Of a stretch of DNA of 64,000 nucleotides, positions 48,539-59,699 are shown one piece after another. Origin of the DNA: Vicugna vicugna (Eukaryota); contig MU058650.1 of assembly GCA_013265495.1 (NCBI GenBank), positions 275,394-339,393 on the forward strand, written 5' to 3'. The position numbers were made by a program, and so were the translations under genes. The notes under the pieces are model-generated. The model ran no database searches and was not told the DNA's origin. It was given only the letters and a program-made list of their open reading frames with translations. The number at the start of each line of letters is the position of its first letter. Within the stretch, counting starts at the first letter, position 1.

Positions 48539-51500
48539 AAAAATTGTTCAGGTTTGTTGCCTCTTTAAAAATTTCTGTTCTAAACAAACTTTGTTTGAAT
48601 TAACTAGCTACATGTACATGAGACATCTTTGAATGATGATTAGAGACAACTTAACCACTTAATTTTAAAAGACTGGGAGCGTATCTTCACCAACCCTACC
48701 ATCAGATGCTGTGGGATGCCTCCCCAGCTCCGACTGTGGAGCAGCCCTGAGTAAGACGCATGGGCCTGGGCTCATAGGGCTTTTGTCTGCTCTAAAGTTG
48801 AGCGCTTGTTTTGCCAGCAATTTGGGAGCAATGTGAAGAATATGGAATACAGTGTAGTCCAAGGAATGAGTTTACAGATTTTAGGGCACAGGGCATTTTT
48901 TCATTCTTTGTGATTAATTTCCCAACTCAGGAAAGATGATTTTATAATGTCAGAACAAAAAAGAATATGTAAAATCAAACTGTATTCTTCTCATTGAATA
49001 TTAGCTCAGCCAGGCATGTTATAAAAGGAAAAAAATGTTTTGTTTTAATATCACTTGAACACCCATGGTCTGTTGGTGTGTGCTAATTTTAGCAGGCTTT
49101 TCTGTGACATATGGCAGAGCTGGTATTTGGCTTTCTTTGTTCCTTCAGTCCAGATGTTCTAACACTTGCATTTACTTTCATCACTGTAACCAAGACTAGT
49201 TTTATCTGCCACCTTCAGAGAGTTTCTATATATAGCTCTGTGGGTTTCTAATCCCAGTGTCACTGATGTGTGCCCCTGCTGAGAGGCTGCCCGCTGCTTC
49301 CCAAGAAAACTGAAAATAGCTTGTGAGGGATTTTTTTCTCTTTTCTTTTTCAAATACGAATGACCAAATAAATCATTTCTCTTTCACTAAACCACACGTG
49401 TGTATTATGAAGACTGCCTCCCCTTTAGGAGTATGTAAACCTTGATGAAGAAAAAACATCAAATCTCTTTGCTCAATCTCATCTAAAGCCCCTGTCCATC
49501 CCACCCCCTGCATCTGTCCCCCGTGCCCTGAGTCTGATGTGTAACTGCCAGGCAGCAGAATGGGAAGAACTGTCTTTAAAAAAGTGAGGTGGTGTGAAGA
49601 AGCAATTTTGCACATTTCTGATTTTACTCCAGTTAATACATTACTTACTGTTCTACTTACATTTAATTACACTTAATAGCCCACAGTAAAAATACATTTA
49701 GTAGAATCTCTTCTTCATCTCCAACTAGTAAAAAGGCCACAGAGGAAGATTAAATATAAACCAATTCCTTTATTTTTAAAAATATGTATCAGAAGAACTA
49801 GAAACCAGCCATTACTTAGGCTCGCCATTTAGTTTTTCTTGTCTCTTCTGCTTTCAAATAATAGACAGTATTACTTTCTAATATTAAGAATGGTCTGATC
49901 AGTGACTAGATGAATTAATGGAGAAAATAAGTTCACTGTAATTTAATGGATTCAAATTAATTGTTTTTATCATTTCATGTTTCATCAAAATCATGTTTAT
50001 TAAGGGTTGAGCATCCAATGATATACAAAAAGATGATTGTCAAATGCCTTCTTGGCGGGGGAAAAAAACGTTCTCAGTGACTCAACAACCGTGTTTGACT
50101 TTCATAAGGGAATTGTATAAATTGGGAGTAGGAGGATGCTAACTTAAGGTTTGCTATTGGTAATAGGAGGTAAAGTGCTAGCAAACCCACTCATAACTTC
50201 AACTGCATTCAGATTCATGATTAGGAGGGAGTTTATCGAGCGAGGCAGTAATAGGAGCTGTAATCTTATTTAGAGGCTTAGAAATGGATCCTTAGCTATA
50301 TATGATTTTGCTAAATAATAATTGGGTGATTAGAAGTTCCTCAGTGTATCATAAATTTATCAGTAACTTTTAACTGTAATTCTAATACATAATTCTAGAT
50401 GGAGGAGTAACTTAATTATTTTAAAGGACTGATTATTATTGGCTGTGTCACATTTGATTAAAATTATGTTTTCGGAAAACTAAAAATCTGAATTACTCAT
50501 TTTGAAACCTGCAAGCTTCAGTGCAATCATCAAAATAGCTGAGGACAGGTTATTTTAAATATGACTGCATAATCATTTTCAGACCTTTATTAATTATACT
50601 ACACATGAATTTCAACCAATCACATTCTGAAAGCCAAAATATTATTGTACATTCTAAACATCTGTCGTCACAGAAAAACTGATAATGGCTCTTTTTTATC
50701 TTTAATCTTTCATCTCCTCAGACCTTATCAAAAGTAAAATTAACTTCTCCTACGTTGCATCTATATTTTTGCAAAGCCTACATTCCCAGTCAACACATCC
50801 AACCTATACTATACTTTTACTCATTTATCCATCCTTAAACACTCTTATTTACTATATTCTACAAAGATCTGAAAATCAGGGCAATATTACATACACATAC
50901 AAATCTTTTGAGAGGAATGGAAATCATATCATGATAGGTATTATTAATTATACAACAGAAACAATCTGTTCAGAGTATGTTAATTATAGCATGGGTGCAA
51001 ATGAAGAACTTGTAAGAGAGATTACGTATGTTACTTAGATAATTTTTATCTAAGTCATCACTTGCTGCTTAGTTTGCTGTAGCAGAATGGTGAATATATT
51101 TTAAAAGTCCACATCAGCTATATTATTGCTTATACAGAACATGTCTCTAGTTCCCTAAGGGTTCTATGAAGTGCACAGAAGTGCAAGTTTCATATGGCAT
51201 CATCACGTGACATGGCTTAGATTATTGCTTGAAAAGTTGTTATAAGATATTGCTAGGAAATCATTTCTAGATGAATGTACAATTCGATGTGAAAAGTACA
51301 CAGTGAGACTAAGTATCAAGTTGGTGAATTTTTATAAAGTAAAAACCAAAGCATTCAGAAATAATGCTGTCACTTGCTTCTCTGTCCAAAAGTTCATAGT
51401 TTCTGTCTCGGTGGTGAGGACCAGTACCGCCCAGCTCTGGCAGTAACTGAGAAAATTACACTGTACCTAGTATACCTAACAGCCCTATAGTGAGCAATAT

Positions 51501-51731
51501 TCATCCCTCATGCTTATCAGTGTTGACTTTTGTCTCTAAAGAGTTTGAAGACTTACGCTCAAAATACAGACCACAAATTTGAAACCAAAGCTAAAATTCA
51601 AATTTGTGAACAAAATAATGCTACAAGGCTTGGAGTATTTAGCTTTCTAAAATAACTACCAACAAAGCAATATATTTCTGTCTCAGTCAATTTATGTTTA
51701 TTCCCACTAGCTGGGATTACTTGAACATTAT

Positions 51732-51930
51732 CCAATGATTCCCAAATCTGGCTGTACATCAGCATTTACCTAGAGTGACTTTCAAAATATAGATTCCCAG
51801 GCTCCTGCCTGAGACCTCATGAATCCCACCCTCTGAAGGTAAAGCCCAATAATTTGCATCCCTAAACGCTGCCTAGGTAATTCTTGTCCGGGCAGCCAGA
51901 CACCGCCATGCTGATGAGTTGAACCCTTGA
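51732..51930. mobile_element. MER5-like hAT MITE
   Basis: caatgattcccaaatctggctgtacatcagcatttacct..aaaatatagattcccaggctcc..aatttgcat. Confidence 0.65.
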
Positions 51931-54900
51931 ACAGGATCGTTTCTTAGTAAGGATGGGATTGGCACTGGGACACTTGACTGAAGCTGCGGTCTGGTCACAA
52001 CACAATAGAATTAAAGACACAAACTTGACTTCTTTACATCTGAAGCCCTTCTAAAATGTCACCCCTTTTGATCATGTAATATGTACATTCAACACACACA
52101 GGGAACATTCACTGCTTAATAAAACTAAAACTATTCTACAACGTATGTAATCATGGTTACGTACTACATGCTGATTACACTGTGATTCCTTCTGTGTGAT
52201 GTCTGTCAATGACTTTTTTATGAAAGGAAGAAATAAGGAAAGAAGAAATGAAGGAAGGAAGGAAACAGAAAGGTGGCAAGAAAATAATATTTAGGTTTCA
52301 ATTGTTTGAATCAAGTGTGAGGAAGGAATTTTGCACACTATCTTAAAATGCTTTGACAAGATTTATGCTAATTTATGGATAAAATCAGTGTCTTCCTCAT
52401 TCACCACCATGAGGCTGCTGAAGTTGAGTCCACAGCTGGGGCCAATTTATCTATTTAACAATAAAATCCCTTCCATCATGTTAACACAATTTATGTGTAT
52501 GCTACAGCAGCTGGTTGCAAATTACGTGTATTCATATCAAGAGCTACCCATAAGGAATCACCATTTGGACCATAATACGTTAAACTTTAATAACTCAGTC
52601 TCTTGTGCATTGTGTTTTTTAGGCTGTATCTAATAAGATACACTTGTGGAAGCCTCTAAAATGACATAATTTTTATAGCTGAAGATCTATAAGCTAATGA
52701 TAGAAATACCCAGGCTACAATATGGGGCTTGGTTCTTGGACTTGAGTTGCTAGGTATTGTTGGCTGAAAGTCATCTGGTGCCACCCAGAGCCCGTTCAGA
52801 GCCATGTGTGACGCCTTCTGAAGAACATTTAGGGAATTTGCTCCAAGTGCTTGGAGTCAGATCGTATCTTGAAGAGAGGAGGCGGAAAAGCTGCAGGTGT
52901 AAGCAGTGCCCCAGCACAACTGAGGATGGTGAGTTCATTTCGGAAGCGGATTGTCACTTGGGTCTGCAGTTGTGTGGGTCTTTCAGTCTGCTTGAAATTG
53001 GCATCAGCAACTCTTTCTATGGTCATGTTAGGCTCAGAGGTCCAGAAAGGAGAATGCTCGATGGAGCCAAGCTTGACAGGGTGAGATGGTTTCCAGTGAG
53101 AGAGGGTCTGGGTGTGGGTTAAGTTGTGCTTAAAATGCATGGCAGGACAGAAACCTACATGTAGAAGTTTTACCCTCTGCTCTGATGATCCACAAACCTG
53201 CCCTCAGCAAGTAAGGATCCCAAGGAGCCTTCAATAAATACATTTAATGATGGTCATAATCTTGAGCTCCCTTTTCATGCCTCAAAACCTCACATATACC
53301 ATTTCAACTGGTAGCAGTATGATTCTGCAGGAAAACACAGCCTGGCATTTTCCAAATTCTCTGTGACTCTGCCTTCTCTATCTCTCAATTTAATTTTGCT
53401 TTATTGCTGTAACTCTTTGAAGGAATTTGCCAAATTAAAAGGCTTCCTGCACTTGGGAATGAGATTTTTTTGAGCTGTTGTCCTGTTTTGCTGTTTTTCC
53501 TGGAGAGACGCACAGTTTTGCACTTCCACAACAAAATATCATGCTTCTGAGACTATTGTCACTGGACAAGAACTTTGAGATGACAAAGTTCACATCTGAA
53601 GTGATGAGTCTACAGGCCCAATCTCCATGTCTCAGGCATCAGTGCCTGTCTTGGACTCACAATGGGTCATACGTAGCTGACTGGATTCCACACATATTGA
53701 AATATTAAAAGGGAAACCAAAAATAATGAAATATAAGAGAAGAGATGAATATTTTGAGGCAGATTTTAGACAGTTGAACCAAACTGTTACCCAAAAGCTG
53801 TCTCTTCTTTCCCTTCTCCAGCCAACACTACGCAGCCGAGAGACTCAATTACGTGCGTTCCTCAGGCATTCAGTATTATTCTTTTTGTTATGGCTAATGT
53901 TACGCATTTATTAAGGTTCACAAAGCACATACTGTGCGCTATGGTTTGGGTTACATGGGGGGGTTCTGATTTTGTTAGATAACAGATTTATTTGTAAACA
54001 ATGACATTCTCTCCATCAAAATGATACTAATGCCAGTAGGAAGCTTTGGTACTGACGGCTAGTCATAAGGTAGCTTCTTGAAATCAGCTGCTTGAAGGAA
54101 TACTTAAACACAGGAGATCCAGGTGCCAACTTGCGTCTTAAAGTATCCCTTTTAGAGTAGGTTAAAGCCATTTCCCCGACTTAGCACTGCTCAGTTTCTA
54201 CAGGGATATCCATTTAAATTCCTTTTAATCTGCCACACAGAAATGCATGCTGTATATACCAGTTTGTGAGAATAGTGTACAGACAAAGTCAAATGAAAAC
54301 TGCGCACATGATGACAATCACAGTTCCTACTGGGGGATACATGTACTGTATTCTATCGGACAAATAAAAGTGCAATATTTTTCACAGCTTCTAAACTCTA
54401 TGACTGCAGCCAGAATGAACTGACATTTTATATAATATCTTGCAAATACATATAGGAATAGCGTAGCTGTAATAGTCAACTGTACCAGGTTTGCAAAAAT
54501 GGTAATAGATCAGACCATTGCCTCAGACTATAGCTTCAAAGATACATTTAGATTACATTGTATGAAAAATGCAGTTTACATCCCGTCTATGATATTTTGT
54601 AGATTTCTGGCATATTCTTCATGGTGACATTTGTGACAATGTAAATGGCTACTCTTCTCTAAGTAAAATCATATAAACTAAGACAGAGCTTGTCATTCTT
54701 CTGACAAAGTGAATGTATATACAGTGCTTATCCCAGGCCCTACCACCATACTAGAAAATGAAGTGGATTTTCAAGGATGCTTTTAAAAATATGCTTCCCA
54801 CAGATATTTTTAGTATAGAGAGAATAACCATATGTTTAGAATAGTTGCTTAGACAAATCTTTACAAAAAGCAGAGTAATAGATTGGATTGGTTCCTGGAA

Positions 54901-57138
54901 GCCCCTTTCAGACTTATGGTTACAAGACACATTGTTGACCAACAAAACATTCATGATTTACTGTATCATAATATGCTTTACGGTGCTTTGCAGAATAAGC
55001 ATAAATGACTTCAGTGAGTTGGGTCCTGTCTTCATGCTCCCACGCTCTAAGAAGGCCATCAGCATAGGGAGGCTATTTCCTGTTCTCAGCAGGAAGACTG
55101 AATTGCTCCCACGTCCTGTTCTATCCACACTGACTGTAAACTTGCCCTTTATTCCCTGTGAAGGAAGTAAATTAACCTCTCAATCCCTTAAAGAAATTCT
55201 TTTGTGAGTAATTATTCCTATGAGAGCATCTTGTCCTCAGCCTACCTCGCCTTGTGTAAACACCCTGGCCTTCTTGCCCACAGGTGGTTAAACACAAAGA
55301 CTTGGACCCAGGGAAGGGAGGGACGGGCAAGGATTCAGAGAGCTCAGAGTCTAGGTCCCGTCTCCACATGAGATGTTGCATTAGTGTCTTCTTAAGCCCC
55401 AGAGAGAGAACATAGTTCAGTAATTGTAAAACTGATCACTTTTAGAACATAATTTGCATATCTAAAAATATTTTCTAGCTACACACTTCAGAGAACTTAA
55501 AAACACTAATCCTCACAGACTACATTGGACAACAGTCAGTATGCACCCTAGCCAAGTTATATCATGACCGAAAAATAATGCGGCCAAAGCCCCCAAGCAG
55601 AAAAGGAAATGCACTGAGTAGATAGATGCTACCAAGGAGCATGGCTGCTGGAGCAGGAAAATGGCCACCCCCAGGTTTCAAGGAAACAAATGCTTCTAGC
55701 TCATTAACCTCAAGAGAAACTTAGGTTTTATATTTGATGCAAAATAGGAAAACTCGGGATATACTGTGTTCCTAATTTCAGAGTGAGTCTGTAATAATAT
55801 TTCATGCACTGTTAATTAATGCGAACAGGTCTTCCTTTTAGCAGAACGCGGGATAGATGTCTGTCTGTGACTATGCTGACCACTCGGTCTGAAGATCAGA
55901 CATAATTCAGGGTTGTCGAAGGTGATTCACTGAATTTAGAAGTCACACCAAACAAACTGCAGAAGAACTTTTTTTAAATCTCAGAGCCATAATATACAGT
56001 TTCCCCCCCTTGTTTTTATTATGTGAGAGGAAACAACATTCTTGGCAAAATACCCTACACCTTTTTCTCACTAACGCCAGGATCTAGGAATTTACCCCCA
56101 AGAGTGGCAGTCAGCCCCTAGGAGGCATCCACTGAGGAAGGTGGGGGGGGGGGTGGATGAATGTGTCATTTAGTAAGATGTCGCTTATTAGAATGCAGTT
56201 TAGTACGTTGTAAAAACTACCTGTATTTAGAAGTGTTAAGTTGAAAAGGGTCCAACGTAGCAAAGCATTTTATTTTCACGGATACTTGTTAGAAGATGGC
56301 AAAAAGACCTTTCTTTGATCTCGGTTACAGATACACACATTTGCTATTAGGAAATTCCATTTCCTCTGGATTCTATGCTACATTAATCAAATCTAAAAGA
56401 TATATCTACGAAACAGATATATGATGCTTTCTCAGCATCTGAAATCCTAGGTTATATGTATTTTCAGTCCAAGCACTAATCTCTCTAAATAAGTGAAACT
56501 ATATTCAACTAATAGGTTAGAGTCACATAATACATCAACTATACAGTATCAGATTCTGAAAATCTAACAATGCTGTGTGAGATGTAATTATCTAGAAGAA
56601 GAGATATGTATAAAAATAGCAATATCCCTAAAATATTCTGCTGAGTTACAGCTTTTCTTGCTGGAAAGGTGACCACACTGCCGTGAGATGTGTATGAAAT
56701 GTCTGCTCGAAAAACAAAATTAGAAAATACTCTCTCATACCAACTCACTAAATGTAGGACTACGTCATGAAAACTGCTCTCAGAAGGATACAAATATAGA
56801 GAGAAAGATATCTGTGTGTGTGACCAACAAGAAAACATGGAGTCTATTTATTGGTTAGTTTTGAAAGGGGGCCCACACTTGTAATTAATTAATAGATACG
56901 TATATATATGATCAAAAACACTCACGAGAACCAACACATCTTATTTCCCCACTGCCCTCCAGTTTTTTAATTGACAGTCATCACCCACCATTTTCTAAGA
57001 TTATTGCCTGACAGAACAGAAATTCCACTGCGTGCTCTCGACAACGCAGCGAGAAAGAAACAGTCTCGTTAATTCTCCTGTCGTGACTCATGTGCTGGGC
57101 TTGTGCTTTTTGGAGGAGTCTTTGATCTGCCGCCGGTC

Positions 57139-57346
57139 TCAGAGGCTCGTCTCCCGTAGGAACATGGTACCGATGTTGTAGGAAACCTTTTTTATTCGCG
57201 ATGAAGAAAGAGAAGGCTTTAGCTGCTTAGGACCAGTTCTTACCTCCAGGAAATAGCAGATCCCAGGGATTTCCTTTGGAAAGTTCTCTGGAAGCTCCTC
57301 ACGGGACCGAGGAATAAATGCAAAACTTTCTTCTCTTTTTAATAAT
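57139..57346 (-). CDS. GUCY1A2: Terminal coding exon of soluble guanylate cyclase subunit alpha-2 (68 aa plus stop; first base completes the upstream codon)
   Basis: Translation LLKREESFAFIPRSREELPENFPKEIPGICYFLEVRTGPKQLKPSLSSSRIKKVSYNIGTMFLRETSL* matches the recalled sGC alpha-2 C-terminus, including the class I PDZ ligand ETSL. Acceptor ttttcttcttAG at 57348-57347; TGA at 57141-57139. Confidence 0.96.
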
Positions 57347-58029
57347 CTAAGAAGAAAACATATAATGTGAATCACATGGGCAGGAGAAATGAGAAACAGT
57401 GGACAGAAGTTTTAGAGCTAGGGGGCCTAGCAATGACTGAGCTCATGTTAAATGCCCTATTTCTTTGTATGGATATGGTTTTCATTAGATTCCAAATACT
57501 AGGAAATATTATTTCTCAGGGAAAAAATATCTTCATGTTACAATAATAATTTTAAAAAGCAAAGTTGCCCCTGGTACTAACTGAAAATATTTGTTCAAAT
57601 TTGATTTTTTTTTCCCCTAAACAAAAGACTAAAGAAACTGCCTGCAAGTTTTTATTCTCACATGCAGCATTTATCCTTTCTGTTTTTAAAATCTGCTTAG
57701 ATTCTGGAGCACTCCTGTAATGTTTCATAGACTCTCAATAAGCTTTAAATACTGTGTGTGATACACGTAAATCAAGGATTTCACTTTTGGAATGACATTC
57801 ATAATTCCACGGATCTGTCATGTTTGCTTACTGATCTCTAGCAATACGCAGCTTCTAAACTCACAAGCATTTATTGGTCAAACAGTTTGACTCTTTCCTT
57901 CCAGTCATACTTAAAGACTCTTTAGTGCACTAATACTGCAGATTTATTCTTGTCCAGTTCCACGAAATGTTCCGTTAGATACTTAAACCGAAAAATGTGG
58001 CCCAGCAATTCAATTTAATTCAACCATTC

Positions 58030-58420
58030 TTATTCTGTAACTAAGTTTGTGCCTCTTAATCTCCCTCACCTCTTTCTCCTCTGCCCAACACCCTCCTTCC
58101 TGGCAGCCACCTGTTTGTTTGCAGCATCTATAATGCTCTTACTTTTTGTTATGTTCAGTCATTTGTTTTTTAGATTCCACATAAAAATGAAATCACAAAG
58201 AATTTGTCTTTCTCTGTCCATCATACCCTCTAGGTCCATCCATGTTGTCCCAGTGGCAAGATTTCATTATTTTTTATGGATGAGTACTATTCCATTGTAT
58301 GCATATGCTGTATCTTCTTGCTGCTGCCATATTTTGACTATTATAATAACGCCGCAATGAACATTCTATGCATATATCTTTTTTTTCAAATTTTATAATT
58401 TGTTTTTTACTTCCCACATA
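58030..58420 (-). mobile_element. L1 3' fragment
   Basis: ttttagattccacataaa..ccctctaggtccatccatgttgtc..gcaagatttcatt. Confidence 0.75.
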
Positions 58421-59009
58421 CATCTTTCCAAATCTGTATCTAGACGGTTAGATTAACAGTTCACCACTCTTTCTAAAGAACATCCAAAACACGTTATGTT
58501 TCGCTTCTGAGATGATTTTTAGTTTAAATCCCTATGTGAATTGAAATCACTCACATGTGGGTTCCTTTTTTGTTGCTGTTCTCATTATCATGATTATTAT
58601 CAGCAATCATACTGTTACTTTTAATCAAATATAGATTAATTCTTTGCTTTCCAACTTCTTAAAGGAGTCCACAGCAACGTGTAGTTTGTCTCATAGTAGG
58701 GAGGGAAATGTTCGCTGTTTGAAGACCTGCACAGGCATCTGTCCATTCATCCAGGAAAAGGCATGTTATTGTTGCTCAATGTGCTTGCGTCAGAGAGATG
58801 GTCACTTCTCAAGGAAACCACTGATGACCTGAAGACCTCTCAAAGGTATATACACCGACTCCTGAGGTAGGTATTTTGGTGGGGGAGGGGGAAGGAACTA
58901 TTTCAGCATTTCTGTACCCTATAAGATAACAGGATGCTTTTCACATCATAAATGCTCAATAAAAGCATTTTAAATTTTGCAAGACAATCTTAGAATACTG
59001 TCTTGAAGA

Positions 59010-59145
59010 AGATCTTAGGAGTCACGTAGTGGGAGAGCTCCTCACTCTATAGGTGACAAAAGTGAAGGGAAGTGAGGTCAGATTTCTCCTCTAGGTCTTG
59101 CGGCTAAGAACTGATAGAGTCCAGAGCGCAATCCGGAGGTCTTTT
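59010..59145 (-). mobile_element. MIR fragment
   Basis: ctcctcactctataggtgacaaaagtgaagg..aggtcttgcggcta. Confidence 0.45.
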
Positions 59146-59699
59146 TTCTCAGTCACGTAACCTATTAAATTTGAGTTCTTTCCATGTGCTCAAAGGCACT
59201 CAGGAAAACACAAATGAAGTCTTTCCTCCGGTCAGTGCTTTTCATTAGTATTAACAATAAGCTCTGCAGCCTCTTGATCTGTATGTATGTAGCAGGACCT
59301 CTTTTTTTCTGAGTGACTCTATCTGATAATAAACCTTGAACATCCCTCTCTCTTCCAATAAATCACATCTACCCTCCAAAAAAAAAGCTAAAAAATTTAA
59401 CTCATATTAGCAGTGATCCCTCTAAAAGTTAGGAAATACTTAGCTTAATTTCGAATACTTTTTTCATCTTTATTCTGTATTTATCATTGTTTAGCATGAT
59501 GGCCAGACACATGCTAAAGTCCCTATTCATCAAATAAAAACACTGTTATAGTCACCACCCTGTCCTTAACTGAGCTGGGAAATTTGGTGCTAATACATTT
59601 TTAAAGAAAACTTTGAAACAAAGCTTTCCTACCTAATCAGAAATTCAATTTATCAAAATTCTCTATGCTTTGCTAGTTCAAGTTAAATATCTTTTCTTA

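Larger units (their letters stand above)
43375..57138 (-). other. GUCY1A2: Predicted very long 3'UTR of GUCY1A2 (~13.7 kb)
   Basis: Repeat density drops abruptly from the stop codon down to ~43.4 kb, where AATAAA is followed by a U/GU-rich tract. Mammalian GUCY1A2 is known to have an exceptionally long 3'UTR. The exact end is inferred. Confidence 0.7.

Noticed and set aside
44102..54723. Pumilio elements UGUANAUA at 44109-44102, 52087-52080 and 54723-54716
   Set aside because: Three hits in ~13.7 kb of AT-rich sequence are not clearly above chance without conservation data.
57347..57375. Stand-alone 78-aa ORF starting MIHIICFLLR
   Set aside because: The first ten residues are intronic polypyrimidine tract; the real frame enters through the splice acceptor.
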